In this document: positions 16,957 to 27,208 of the stretch, piece after piece
How the letters are laid out: each line of letters opens with the position of its first letter
Numbering within the stretch: the stretch's first letter is position 1
IMG/VR virus record: IMGVR_UViG_3300037440_000399
Span: 1 to 64,000 of that record
Source of the DNA: a virus
Taxonomy: Duplodnaviria; Caudoviricetes
DNA: 64,000 nt
Strand: one strand, 5' to 3'
Translations under genes and position numbers: made by a program
Notes under the pieces: generated by a model
Told to the model about the DNA's origin: nothing
Database searches by the model: none
Seen by the model: the letters and a program-made list of their open reading frames with translations, nothing else

Positions 16957-17858
16957 TCGTCGTCACTCCCCGGCTCGCGCACCTCTCCGGTTTCCGAATC
17001 GAATTCCGCCGGCGCGTCCGGAACTTCCTCGCCCGCGGCCTCGAGCTCACCGCGCGCCGCGATGCCAGTCGAAAGCAGTGCGCTCTTGGTTTCCTCGTCG
17101 AGCTCCGCGAGCTGTCCGCCACGGTCGGCAGCCTCGTCGAGGGATACGGCGTGCGCGAATTCGGCAGACTGCGGCATCCACGGCGCGAGCGCGCGGACGG
17201 CGGTCTTGAGCGCCATAGGCTCGTAGTCCGTGACCCACGGGCCCACCTGTGACGCACGCGAGCGCGCGCGTCTCGCCTCGACCTGGGCTCGCGTCAGCAC
17301 CTGAAACTCCGGCTCGCCATTCTTGACTTGCGCTACCGAGTAAACGTGCGTGATCCGCTTGCGCTCGCGGTCGGCGTCCTCGCTCGGGACGTGGTGCACC
17401 ATGCGCTTGGTGCCGAGCTGGTAACGGAAATCGTCACCCTCGCGAACGGCGTATGCGTAGACGTTCGTGACCATGCCGCTGCGGCGCGCCAGCTCGATCA
17501 TGCCCTTGTATCCAATGATGAGCGTGCACTCGAGTGTGCCGCGTTTCTTGTTCTTGAATGGGATCAGATAGGCGTGACCGAGCGGCGTGCACGGCTCGAG
17601 ACCAAGCTGCGCGCACTGGATGACGCAGCCGAGAAAGCTTGCTGGCGTGCAGTCCGCGAGCTGCGGCACGGTGCGCAGAGCGGTCGTTACGATGCGCGCC
17701 ATGCGATCCGGGTTGACGTGACGCGGCAGCGCGCGCGCGATCTCTGGCGAGAGCTTCTGCACCATCTGTGCGAGTGACTGCGGCGGCGCGTTGCCGTTGC
17801 CCGAGCGGGGTACGATTTGTCCGGTCTTGGTTGTCGTGGGGGTTGCCATTGGGCTCAT
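16953..17858 (-). CDS. recT: RecT/Redbeta-family single-strand annealing protein
   Basis: ALPRHVNPDRMARI, AQLGLEP, GHAYLIPF, IIGYKGMIELARRSG and MALKTAVR motifs; AAGGAG SD. Confidence 0.93.
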   Translation of the reverse strand: MSPMATPTTTKTGQIVPRSGNGNAPPQSLAQMVQKLSPEIARALPRHVNPDRMARIVTTALRTVPQLADCTPASFLGCVIQCAQLGLEPCTPLGHAYLIPFKNKKRGTLECTLIIGYKGMIELARRSGMVTNVYAYAVREGDDFRYQLGTKRMVHHVPSEDADRERKRITHVYSVAQVKNGEPEFQVLTRAQVEARRARSRASQVGPWVTDYEPMALKTAVRALAPWMPQSAEFAHAVSLDEAADRGGQLAELDEETKSALLSTGIAARGELEAAGEEVPDAPAEFDSETGEVREPGSDDE

Positions 17859-18781
17859 GCTCCTTTTGCTTGTTTGGGTCGTTTTACTCGCAGCACGCGG
17901 CTTGTTGTTTCCGCGACTGCGTGGGCTTTTCTGGTTTGCGCTTTCCACTCGAGAACCGTGCCATCTGGGAGCGCGCCGCGCGTGGCGGCCCCGAGAGCGA
18001 GCTTCAAAGTGTTTTCGGCTTCTGTCTTTCGGACAGCGATCGCCTTTTCTTGCGCCTTGCAGTCCTCGAGCTCGTCGGCCACATCGATCAGGACTGCCGG
18101 CAACACGAGAGCTTCTCCCGTGTCGCGCGGATACATGTCGTGCAGCGCGCGCTTCGAGCTCTCGGAGCCGTCCGGAGCGGGAGGCTCCAGTGCCCGGACG
18201 CGCCGCCAAAAAGCTTCACCGTGATGGATTAGCTTGCGCTCAAGTACGTCGTCCCGCTCGACGTCGCACCACACGAGTTTCTGTCCGCCGATCAGGCACG
18301 CAATCGTCGCGCGCTCGCAACCGGTCACAAGCATCTGCCACGCGACTTGGAGGCGGTAGAGTTCCGGCGGTCCGTCCACCCACTCCTCGCCCTTGTGAGC
18401 GCCGGTGGTTTTGATCTCGAGCGGCCAGTACGGGCCTAGCTCCGCCGTCGCCGTCCAAGCGTCGAGCGTTGCCAATGCCCACGGGTAGCGCGTCGAGCGC
18501 AGCAGCAGCCCGCCCTTATCGACGAATCGCGCGGAGCGCTCGGCGTACACCTCGACGACTACGCCCTCGAGCCGGGTTCCCCAATAGACCAGCTCGCTAT
18601 CGCTCAGGTCCGGCGGTTCCACTGTCCCGGTTTTCTCCGCGTAGAGTTGCAGCGGAGCCTTCCACGGGGACGCACCGAGCAGCACGGCTGCCTCCGACGC
18701 GCCGATGCCGGTCTTGCGCTGGCGGTGCCATTCGGCCTGATCGTCGGCTGCGCGGCAGACGATTTCGTATTGGTCGCTCAC
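17855..18781 (-). CDS. YqaJ-like (lambda exonuclease family) recombinase nuclease
   Basis: WHRQRKTGIGASEAA, ATLDAW, LEIKT and QVAWQMLVTG motifs; GTG start. Confidence 0.92.
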   Translation of the reverse strand: MSDQYEIVCRAADDQAEWHRQRKTGIGASEAAVLLGASPWKAPLQLYAEKTGTVEPPDLSDSELVYWGTRLEGVVVEVYAERSARFVDKGGLLLRSTRYPWALATLDAWTATAELGPYWPLEIKTTGAHKGEEWVDGPPELYRLQVAWQMLVTGCERATIACLIGGQKLVWCDVERDDVLERKLIHHGEAFWRRVRALEPPAPDGSESSKRALHDMYPRDTGEALVLPAVLIDVADELEDCKAQEKAIAVRKTEAENTLKLALGAATRGALPDGTVLEWKAQTRKAHAVAETTSRVLRVKRPKQAKGA

Positions 18782-19458
18782 AACGGCACCTCGCGACAAC
18801 GGAACGGCAATGCCGCCGAGTCCTCCACACACATGTATCTCCACCACTCGCGCCGCTGCGGGTCCCACTTGAATCCGTTGTCCTTCACGATCGCTCGATC
18901 CTCGTACGGCGCGAGCGAGACGAGGCGCGCCTTCGGTAGCATCGCGTGCGCAAGCCCTGCCTCCAGGCGCTCCGCGATATCCGGCACAGCCTCGAACAGA
19001 CGCACGAGTGTGAGGCAATCATTGATGGCTCGATGCGCGGCCACGACCGCAACGCCGTGAGCGAGAGCTGTTGCGATCAGAGATGTGCCCGTGCCGGCGC
19101 GTGGCCACTTCACGTCCTCGCGTGTGCAGATCCATGTCATGTCCTGCGTTACACGTGTTGCCCACGGCTCGCAGAACGCGCGGTCAAAGTCCGCCTGGTG
19201 CGCGCAGACAGCATCGGAGCGCGCGGCCATCGCCTCGAATGTTTGCCACGGCTCGGTCCCTTCGTACGCAACGAGAGCAGCCTCCGGGATTCCGTTGACG
19301 GCTTCGGCGGGGTTTGCCGGGGCGCTCACGAGGCCCGAGAAGAGCTCCAGGATCGTTCGGTACTCCACGCTCCAGCGGATGCAGCCGAGTTCGATAACGC
19401 GATCCTTTTCGCGGTCCACGCCCGTGGTTTCGACGTCGCAGATCAGTACGGTTTTCAT
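18778..19458 (-). CDS. DEDDh 3'-5' exonuclease (DnaQ-like)
   Basis: DVETTG, AHQADFD and AHRAINDC motifs. Confidence 0.88.
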   Translation of the reverse strand: MKTVLICDVETTGVDREKDRVIELGCIRWSVEYRTILELFSGLVSAPANPAEAVNGIPEAALVAYEGTEPWQTFEAMAARSDAVCAHQADFDRAFCEPWATRVTQDMTWICTREDVKWPRAGTGTSLIATALAHGVAVVAAHRAINDCLTLVRLFEAVPDIAERLEAGLAHAMLPKARLVSLAPYEDRAIVKDNGFKWDPQRREWWRYMCVEDSAALPFRCREVPL

Positions 19459-22308
19459 CGGTCTTGCCCCTCCCTCTGGTCGCGCTCCGCCGACAAGATC
19501 GGCTCGCGGTCGGAAATTAAAGACTCGCGGACAGCTCCGTCTGGCCCGTTCTCCAACAACGCAATCAGTACCCGCATGCGCGCGAGACGAGTCTCCATGT
19601 CGTCGCACTCGGCCTTCAGCGCGGCCAGCAGGGATGGCGCGGACTGGGCCTGCTCGTTTTGCTTTTTGAGGTCCACCCATTCGATGGACTTCTGCAGCTG
19701 CTCTTCGAGGGTCACGCCGCCCTCCCGTCCAGCACCCGCGTCAGCTCGTCGAGCTGCGCCAGCACGATGATGATCGTCCCACGCGCGCGGGTGAGTAGCT
19801 CTCGCAGCTCTGCGATTTCGGCGTCACGGATGGCGAGCAGGTGCTCGTACGATTCGCGGTCGGCGTCGGAGGCGGTCATGGTGCCGCCTTTGGCCACGAG
19901 CGGGCCGCCGCATTGTAGAGCGCCGCTATCCTGTCCTCGGTCTCCGCGCGTGCCTCGAATGCAAGCGTCGCAGCCATGCAGAAATGGCGGTAGCGCGTCG
20001 GCTCCGTCGCACCGTGCTTGTGACCGCTCTGGCTGCGACGCGCGTACTCTGCGAGGTCGCGATACTCTCGGGCCTTTTCGAGTGCGGCAGCCGCACTCGC
20101 GCTAAAAACGTCGGCGCGGGTGCTCACGCCCTCCGCCTCTCGTCGATTCGCGCCGTCAACCCCGCCGCCAGCACACTGTCGGCTTCGTCTGCCCGCGTCG
20201 CCTCGATGAGCTCGCCGATGGCGCGCAGCATGGCTTCGCGGCCGTGCTCGTCGGTGACGTGGCGGAGTACGAGCTCGGTGAGACGCGATTCTGCGCGGTA
20301 GGCGCGGGTCACTTGCCTTCCCTCGCTTTCAACATCGCATCGGCTACCAGGTATGCGTTGCTCGCAATCTCGTCGGGATCGAAAACGGAACAGCGCATGA
20401 CGCCGTCCAGCGCCGCCATGGCGAACCTGTCCCGCAGTTTCGGCGTCGTCTCGATGAGCAAGAGCTGCAGCGAGCCGAGCTCGTCGGCGAGGTCGGCTAG
20501 CGCGACTTCGTGCTGTTTCATCAGCTTCGCTCCTTCGCGCGCGGACACTGCGCAGCGCAGCAGCGGCCGTAAGCGAGTGGCGATCCGCCCGACAGCAACC
20601 ACACCGAGCCGCGCCCGTCGGGAGAGCGACGAATGCAGCGCGGGCCGCTATCGGGTAGCAGTTCGATGCGTAGAGCGTTGCGCTGCTTGATTGGCTCGGG
20701 CGCGATGGTGGACGGACAAAGCTTCGAGAGCTCGTCCCAATAAATCTCCCATTGCACAGCCGGGACCGACTCGAGGTCAGGTTGAGCAACCGAGTGGCCG
20801 GCGGCTGCTCTGTCAAGAATCGCTTGCGCGAGGGTCAACACAGCCCCCTCCGCATCCGCAACGCCACCCGCAGCTCCCGATACCCACTCAGCGCCGCCCG
20901 AATGACGGCCCGCTCGCGCCACAGCGAGGCGAGGGCGGGGAGGTCGTCGTAGCAGTCGGCTGTTGGGATTTCATCCGAATCGATTCGGTAGAGGCGCGAC
21001 TTGAGGGCGACGATGCGGGAGGCTTCGGCGACGACGTTGTGGACGTTGATGTTGAGCGCAGCGGACTCGCGGGACAGATGCGCGCTCATGGCTGCACCGT
21101 TGCAACTTTCGTGGCGAGCGTTTCGTACCGGTGCCGACCGGCGCGACGCCACTGGATCTCTGCGCCGAGCAAATCAAGCGCGTAGTAGTAGTCCCATGCG
21201 CGATCCTGGTCCGAGAACAGCGACTCGTGAGTGACGAGAACACCGTTGCGCACGCGGACGCGCCAGCTATCGCACCAGATCGTCTCGTGGCGCGTCACGG
21301 CAGCTCCCCCACCGCATCGAGCACCGACGCATCCGCCACCGGAGCCGCGGGCGCACCTTTCGGCCGCATCGCGCGGAGCTCGGCGATGGCAGCCTCGGGG
21401 TCGGCGTGCTGCTCGGTCCACGAGAGCCCGTCGACGTAGGCGCGGTAGGTGACCTCGACCGGCTTGCTCTCCTTGTCGAGTCGGCGGCTCGCGTCGCTGT
21501 ATTCCGTCGTCTCGATCTGCACGCAGAAGTAGCGGCCCGCGGCGATTTCGCGGACGGCGAGGTGGAAGGATTTTAGGGACATCATGGCGTCCCCCGTAGC
21601 CGCGCACGCTCGCGCTTCGATTCGCCGGGGCGTTTGTCAGCGAGCGCCAGCTGTGCTTTTGCCGACCGCTGTGCGCGTAGCTCGGCGCGTTCGTTCGCCT
21701 CGTTGCGGCGCCGCGTCTTGCGCGAGGACTGGCTCCACGGCGCGCCTGGGTTCTTGGTTTTCTGCGACCTGACTCCCGGTGCTCGTTTCATGGCTGCTTC
21801 ACCTCCCGTACATCGCGCCGGTCAAACCACGGCACTTCCACCCGTATCGGCATGGCCAGCATCTGCTTGCAGAACGCATCCGACAGACGGTTGCGCTTGC
21901 AGTGCTCGCGAATCTCGCGCTCGTGCTCGGCGCTGAGCTGCACGGGTTCCAGTACGATGGGGAACATCGGGTCCGTCGTGTCGGTGACGCTGGTCACGCG
22001 ATACGTGGAGCCGTTTACGCGCCAGAGTGAGCCGATCAGGATGTGCGGACCGGTGGTGAGGCTCACAGGGACACCGGCCTCTCGCTGGCGAATCGCGCGC
22101 GGACATCGTCGGCGTGAGGCACGAGCACGACGGCCAGCGTCGTTCCGCAGCCGTGGTTCACCATCAATAAAACCTCGGAGTCGTAGGTGACGGCGCCCAC
22201 GCGAGGCAGCTCGATCGGGTTGACGGGGACGCCGCACTTGGGGCAGCAGCGCTTGCTGTAGAAACCGGGGGACCGAGTCGCGTCGCTGCCGACGGCGGGG
22301 GTGGTCAC
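19455..22308 (-). other. run of about 12 small translationally coupled hypothetical early genes
   Basis: 19455-19715, 19712-19879, 19876-20127, 20124-20312, 20309-20521, 20521-20841, 20835-21089, 21086-21298, 21295-21585, 21582-21791, 21788-22066, 22063-22308. Nearly all are linked by ATGA/GTGA/TGATG overlaps. Confidence 0.6.
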
Positions 22309-22547
22309 GGGGACACCGCGAGGCTGCGGCTATAGATCTTCGTGCCGTAGAGCGGTGACCACACCGCGACCAGTTCGCGCGCGCAGCGTGGAGCGTGGTG
22401 GTATTCGATGCGCGCTTCCCAGCCGCGCTCCTTGGCGAGCGCGAGCGCCTCGGCGTAGGTGGCCGCCGGAACCGGTGCGTGCCACGAGAAGTTGCAGGAC
22501 TGGACCGTGTAGGCGGGGGCGGCTGGGTGGGTGGGGGACGTCGTCAT
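22305..22547 (-). CDS. hypothetical protein, first gene of the leftward operon
   Basis: GGAG SD, immediately downstream of PL. Confidence 0.6.
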   Translation of the reverse strand: MTTSPTHPAAPAYTVQSCNFSWHAPVPAATYAEALALAKERGWEARIEYHHAPRCARELVAVWSPLYGTKIYSRSLAVSP

Positions 22548-22576
22548 GGTGGGCTCCGTTGCTTCCTTGCTGCTCT

Positions 22577-22642
22577 CCAACGTATGTTGGCAATTCCAAC
22601 GGTCGTTGGCAAGATAAATACACCCGTGCCATGTCGATTTTT
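22577..22642 (-). promoter_or_regulatory. leftward promoter (PL) with two CCAAC-N4-GTTGG operators
   Basis: TTGCCA-N17-CAACAT; operators at 22577-22590 and 22596-22609; AAAAATCGAC 20 nt upstream of the -35. Confidence 0.8.
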
Positions 22643-22654
22643 CGTAAGTCCGCG

Positions 22655-23110
22655 TTAGACCTTGCGAATTGTCGACTTCTGGGGCTCTTCTGCGACTTGC
22701 GCGCCCTCGGCTTCGACAGCCTTGACGAGCAGCCGGAGGACCCGGATCCACTCATCCGCTGGGCGCGAACGGCCAGGCTCCGAGTCGCGAATCATGCGAG
22801 CCAGAGCCAGAATCAGCGGGGTGAATTTGCGGCTGTTCGAGTTGCGCGCGATCAGTCGCTCGAGCTCGTCGTCGCCGAACGGGTCGCCGTCTCCGTCGAT
22901 GAGCCAGGCCGAGCGCACGCTGTAGTGGCTCGCTAGACGGTGCAACGTTTCCGGATTGCCGGCCCGCATCGTTTTGGTCTTGCCGTGCTTGCGGATGAGG
23001 CGTCTCACGGTGTCCTTCGACAGCCCCGCGGCGGTGCTGAAGTCTTCCCAGCTCGAGTCTGGCAGCTTCATTCGCTTCAAACGTTCCAGCCTTTGGGCAA
23101 GGTTTTCCAC
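22655..23110 (-). CDS. Xre-family HTH repressor (CI position) lacking an S24 peptidase domain
   Basis: ENLAQRLERLK...FSTAAGLSKDTVRRL...LASHYSVRSAWLIDG; divergent from the cro-like gene. Confidence 0.75.
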   Translation of the reverse strand: MENLAQRLERLKRMKLPDSSWEDFSTAAGLSKDTVRRLIRKHGKTKTMRAGNPETLHRLASHYSVRSAWLIDGDGDPFGDDELERLIARNSNSRKFTPLILALARMIRDSEPGRSRPADEWIRVLRLLVKAVEAEGAQVAEEPQKSTIRKV

Positions 23111-23137
23111 GGCGGAACAAGCGTAGGCAGAAATAGT

Positions 23138-23173
23138 TTGACAACAGCCGTTGGAATATCCAACATGCGTTGG
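23138..23173 (+). promoter_or_regulatory. rightward promoter (PR) with two operators
   Basis: TTGACA-N17-CAACAT; sites ACAACAGCCGTTGG (23141-23154) and CCAACATGCGTTGG (23160-23173). Confidence 0.8.
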
Positions 23174-23174
23174 C

Positions 23175-23468
23175 GTGAACACCATCGGTAAGCGTTTGGC
23201 TTTCGCCCGCAAGCTTTCTGGACTTAACGCCAGGAAGCTCGGCCTACGCAGCGGACTCTCCAGCGCGATCGTCGGGATGATCGAATCCGAGGACCGCCTC
23301 AGCCCCGAAGGGAAGACGGTCGCCAAGCTGGCCGCAACTCTCGGCGTGACCACTGACTGGCTGCTGACGGGCATTGGTCCCGCGCCAACGGACGAGACGA
23401 TCCGCAAGTACGACGGCGACGAGGAAGACGACGCCGAGCAAACCCCCACCGGCACGGGCGGGCACTAA
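23175..23468 (+). CDS. Xre-family HTH (Cro position)
   Basis: IGKRLAFARKLSGL...KLAATLGVTTDWLLTG; the GTG immediately follows the operator and has no SD. Confidence 0.82.
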   Translation: MNTIGKRLAFARKLSGLNARKLGLRSGLSSAIVGMIESEDRLSPEGKTVAKLAATLGVTTDWLLTGIGPAPTDETIRKYDGDEEDDAEQTPTGTGGH

Positions 23469-23833
23469 TGGGCGTCGACCCTCGCGAAGTCCGCGCGCTG
23501 AAGCTCGAGCTGTCAGCGCTGGACCGCCCGCTGGCGAAACCCCGCGTTCCGTCATGGCGAGACGTCTGCCGTAGCAAGGCGCGCGCCGCATTCGTGCGCG
23601 GCGTCGAAGCGCTCCTCATTCGTGGCTGGTCCAAGCGCCGGATCGCGAAGTCCGTTGGCTGCGACGTGCACACGTTCGAGGACTGGCTCGCCGGCAATCG
23701 CCAGGTGCCAGCGTGGGCTATTCATGCGCTGCCCGTTGATGGGCGCGTCGGTTACGTGCGCGCGATCGTGGACTCGTTGCCCGGTGACGACGACGAGGAC
23801 GTTTCAGAAAAACCGCTTAGGGCCGTAGGATGA
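23468..23833 (+). CDS. HTH protein (CII position)
   Basis: GWSKRRIAKSVGCDVHTFEDWLAG HTH-like segment. Confidence 0.6.
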   Translation: MGVDPREVRALKLELSALDRPLAKPRVPSWRDVCRSKARAAFVRGVEALLIRGWSKRRIAKSVGCDVHTFEDWLAGNRQVPAWAIHALPVDGRVGYVRAIVDSLPGDDDEDVSEKPLRAVG

Positions 23834-23948
23834 GTGCACGCGCGCGCAGTAGCCAACATGTTGGCCAGCGTGGCGAAGCGCCGCGCGACGCAAAGATCAT
23901 GTTGCACGCGGGTTCAGCGGAAACGTGCGTGCAGGGCGGGGGCGCGCG

Positions 23949-25322
23949 GTGAGCAAGCTTCGCAAGCAATACGCGATGCCCAGTGTTGCAATCGCAGACG
24001 TACGCGTGCCCGATAGCCGGAAGCGGGCGCTCAGCGAGGCGAAGGTCAAGCGGCTCGCGGATTCGATTGCGGAAGTCGATCTGCTTAATCCGATCACGAT
24101 CACACCCGACAACGTGTTGATCTCTGGCTGGCACCGACTCGAGGCATGTCGGCTGCTCGGACGCGAGCGCATCACGGTGAACGTCGTGGTCACCGACGAT
24201 CTGCGCCGGGAGCTTGCCGAAATCGACGAGAACCTGATCCGCAACGAGCTGACGCAGCTTGAGCGTTCCGAGCAGCTACAGCGCCGCATGGATATCTACG
24301 AGGCGCTACATCCGGAGACGAAGCACGGAGCAACCGGCGGAGGAAGGGGAGGAAAGGGCTCGCGCACGAAGACTCAAGTTGCGGAATCCGCAACTCCAGT
24401 CCCAGCCTTCGCCGAGGCGACAGCAGAAGCGACCGGCAAAAGCGCACGCGTCATTCGCGAGGACGTGCAGATTGCCAAAGCCCTCGATGAAGACGAACGC
24501 GACGCGATTCGCGGGACCGACCTCGAGAACAGCAAGACTGACTTACTGTGGCTCGCTCGCGAGAAGGACAAAGGGAAGCGAGTTCAGATCGCTGAAAAGG
24601 TCAAGACAGGCGCAGCCAAGACCGCCAAGGATGCCGCGCGCCTGATCAGGAACGAGGAGCGAGCAGCCGAGCGGGAGAAGGCGATTGCTTCTGCTACCGA
24701 CGAACCAGACAAGTGGTGCAAAGGCGATGTCTGTCGAATCGAAGACCTTGATCTCCCCGAGAACTCTGTCGACATGGTCTTTACGGATCCGCCGTACCAC
24801 GACGAGCACATTGATCTGCTCGGCCACCTTGCTCGTGTTGCTGCTCGGGCGCTCAAGCCTGGCGGGCTGTGCTTGGTCTATGTCGGCCACATGTATCTGC
24901 CGCAGGTCATTCAGCAGCTAACCGACCACCTGGATTACGTCTGGCAGTTCGTCGTGTTCCATCCTTTTAGCCAAACGCGCTGTCATAGCAGGGCGATATT
25001 CGTCAACTACCGATCGATCCTCGCCTTCAGGAAGCTAGGTAAGATTCCCCACGCGTCGAAGCAGCCATGGGTCCAAGACGTCGTGCGCGGGCGGCGCGAC
25101 AAGGATGAGCACGACTGGCAACAGGACGAGGACGCGCCTCGCCAGTACATCGAGGCGTACACGAAGCCGGGCGCTACCGTGCTGGATCCATTCTCGGGTG
25201 GCGGCACGACGGCTGCTGTCTGCAAAGCGCTAGGGCGAAAGTGTCTCTACTTCGACATCGAAGAAAACGCGATCGCGACCACGCGAGCCAGAGTTCAGAA
25301 AATCAAGGAGTGCGCAGCATGA
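23949..25322 (+). CDS. ParB-N domain fused to beta-class N6/N4 DNA methyltransferase
   Basis: LADSIAEVDLLNPI...LISGWHRLEAC and EIDENLIRNELT (ParB); TDPPY and LDPFSGGGTT (MTase motifs IV and I). Confidence 0.88.
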   Translation: MSKLRKQYAMPSVAIADVRVPDSRKRALSEAKVKRLADSIAEVDLLNPITITPDNVLISGWHRLEACRLLGRERITVNVVVTDDLRRELAEIDENLIRNELTQLERSEQLQRRMDIYEALHPETKHGATGGGRGGKGSRTKTQVAESATPVPAFAEATAEATGKSARVIREDVQIAKALDEDERDAIRGTDLENSKTDLLWLAREKDKGKRVQIAEKVKTGAAKTAKDAARLIRNEERAAEREKAIASATDEPDKWCKGDVCRIEDLDLPENSVDMVFTDPPYHDEHIDLLGHLARVAARALKPGGLCLVYVGHMYLPQVIQQLTDHLDYVWQFVVFHPFSQTRCHSRAIFVNYRSILAFRKLGKIPHASKQPWVQDVVRGRRDKDEHDWQQDEDAPRQYIEAYTKPGATVLDPFSGGGTTAAVCKALGRKCLYFDIEENAIATTRARVQKIKECAA

Positions 25323-27208
25323 TTCCCATCATTCCCATGAAGGTCAGCCCAGAGAACGTTGGCCCGTTGATCGTCCGCGCTTACCGCGAGAGCGACCCTC
25401 ACCAGTACATCCGGGAGCTGCTCCAGAACTCGCTCGAAGCCGAGGCCAAACAGGTCGAATTCATGCCAGAGTGGCAAGCGGTCGAGCGCAAAGGCGTCTG
25501 GCGTCTCATGGTCGCCGACAACGGTTGCGGCATGACCCCTCAGCAGTTGGAGCGCTACCTTGGCGAGTTCGGTCAAGGAGGCAAGTCCATCGGCGGGTAT
25601 CACGAGAACTACGGCATTGGCGCGAAGAGTTCCACACTGCCGTGGAATCCCGATGGCGTCGTCATCATTTCATACACGCCAGAGTTCCTGGACGGAGCCA
25701 TGATTTGGCTGCGTTATGACTCCGAGGCCGGCATGTACGGTCTTCGGAAGCTTTCCGACGATGGCGAGGGCGTGGTCGAGCCCTGGGACGACACGAAGGG
25801 CCCTTCGGGAATCGACTGGACCAGAGTAGCGCCCGAATGGGTCCGCGCGCACGGAACTGTCGTAATCCTGCTAGGCGGCAGCGATACGACATCGACCACC
25901 GCAGACCCGCGCAACACCTTCTTTGGCAAAAAGGGCGACGATGTCCAGCGACACCTGCGCAAGTACATCAACTCCCGTTTTTGGGAAATTCCGGAAGGCG
26001 TAACGGTCGGCATCGACGAACCGAACTGGAACACGCAGACGATTCCGAAGGCGATGGCGGGTGCCTTCAGCGTTCAAGAGGGCCACGAGAGCCCGCCGCT
26101 TGGGCACAACTATGTGTATGGGGCCAAGAAATACGTGCTCGATAAGGAAGGGCAATCGGGCCATCGCGATCTGAAGGACGGTACACGGGTCCACTGGTTT
26201 CTTAGGTCCACACCGTTTGGGGCAGACGGAGGCTACAGGCCAAAGCGGGGTTACGTCGCAGCGCTGTATCGCAACGAGCTCTACAGTTTCAGTGATAGTC
26301 AAAACACCTTCCGTGCTTGGGGTATCGGCGACGACAAGGTGGGGAAGCGTCTCGGTCTAATCATTGAGCCCATGATTGCTTCCGAAGGCGAAGGTGTTTT
26401 CCCGAGTCAATCCAGAGCGGCGCTGTTCATGCAGAGGGCAAGCGGAAGCGCCGAGCTACCCTGGGACCGCTGGCGCGAAGAATTCCGCGAGAACCTGCCA
26501 GAGGAGATCCTCTCTGCTCTTCGCGCGACTGACGATGAAGATGATCAGACGGACGAGCGCCTGATAGAAATCGATCGGAGAATCAAGGAGCGTCACTCAG
26601 GGGAGAATATCGCTGAACTCAGGAGGCAGGAACAAGGTCGTCAGCGTGTCACACCAGAACGTAGGACAGGACCTCAGGAGCCACATAAGCCGCCTGGCCC
26701 CCCACGGCCAAAGAGGCCGCGCCCACGCAATGTCGGGACAAGGAAAGGTCCGGAGCCTGCCGTAGCAGGGAAAAAGTCCGAGTCGGGATTGCCTCAATTC
26801 ACATGGGCCAAGGAGGGCCAGCTTTCTGAAACAGAAATGAGATTCGCCGCAACATGGGAGGATGAAAGTTCCCGCTGGCCGCGGAGTCACATTCTAGGGA
26901 ATCCCGATTTCCCTCCTATCGTTTTGCTGCTTACAGAGATGAAGAAGCTATGGCCATCGTCTCGTAGCGATGATGTCGAGAAGGCCGTCCTACGAGAGCT
27001 GGAAGTCTCGATCGTGGCGAAGGTGGCCGAGTTTCGTGGCAGCATGACCCAGTTCGGATGGGAGACGCCACAAATCCGTGACGTCCTGATTCAACCGGCA
27101 GCGCTCACGCTTTGCATGGTCGGTTTCGCTTCTGAGCAGGATGCAATCAAGCGCCAGCTGACTGAGCTTCTCGGCAAGCCCCGCAAGCTACGCGCGGTCG
27201 GCGAATGA
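25319..27208 (+). CDS. GHKL (HSP90/MutL/MORC-like) ATPase
   Basis: RELLQNSLEA, DNGCGM and NYGIGAKSS motifs; ATGA overlap with ParB-MTase. Confidence 0.85.
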   Translation: MIPIIPMKVSPENVGPLIVRAYRESDPHQYIRELLQNSLEAEAKQVEFMPEWQAVERKGVWRLMVADNGCGMTPQQLERYLGEFGQGGKSIGGYHENYGIGAKSSTLPWNPDGVVIISYTPEFLDGAMIWLRYDSEAGMYGLRKLSDDGEGVVEPWDDTKGPSGIDWTRVAPEWVRAHGTVVILLGGSDTTSTTADPRNTFFGKKGDDVQRHLRKYINSRFWEIPEGVTVGIDEPNWNTQTIPKAMAGAFSVQEGHESPPLGHNYVYGAKKYVLDKEGQSGHRDLKDGTRVHWFLRSTPFGADGGYRPKRGYVAALYRNELYSFSDSQNTFRAWGIGDDKVGKRLGLIIEPMIASEGEGVFPSQSRAALFMQRASGSAELPWDRWREEFRENLPEEILSALRATDDEDDQTDERLIEIDRRIKERHSGENIAELRRQEQGRQRVTPERRTGPQEPHKPPGPPRPKRPRPRNVGTRKGPEPAVAGKKSESGLPQFTWAKEGQLSETEMRFAATWEDESSRWPRSHILGNPDFPPIVLLLTEMKKLWPSSRSDDVEKAVLRELEVSIVAKVAEFRGSMTQFGWETPQIRDVLIQPAALTLCMVGFASEQDAIKRQLTELLGKPRKLRAVGE

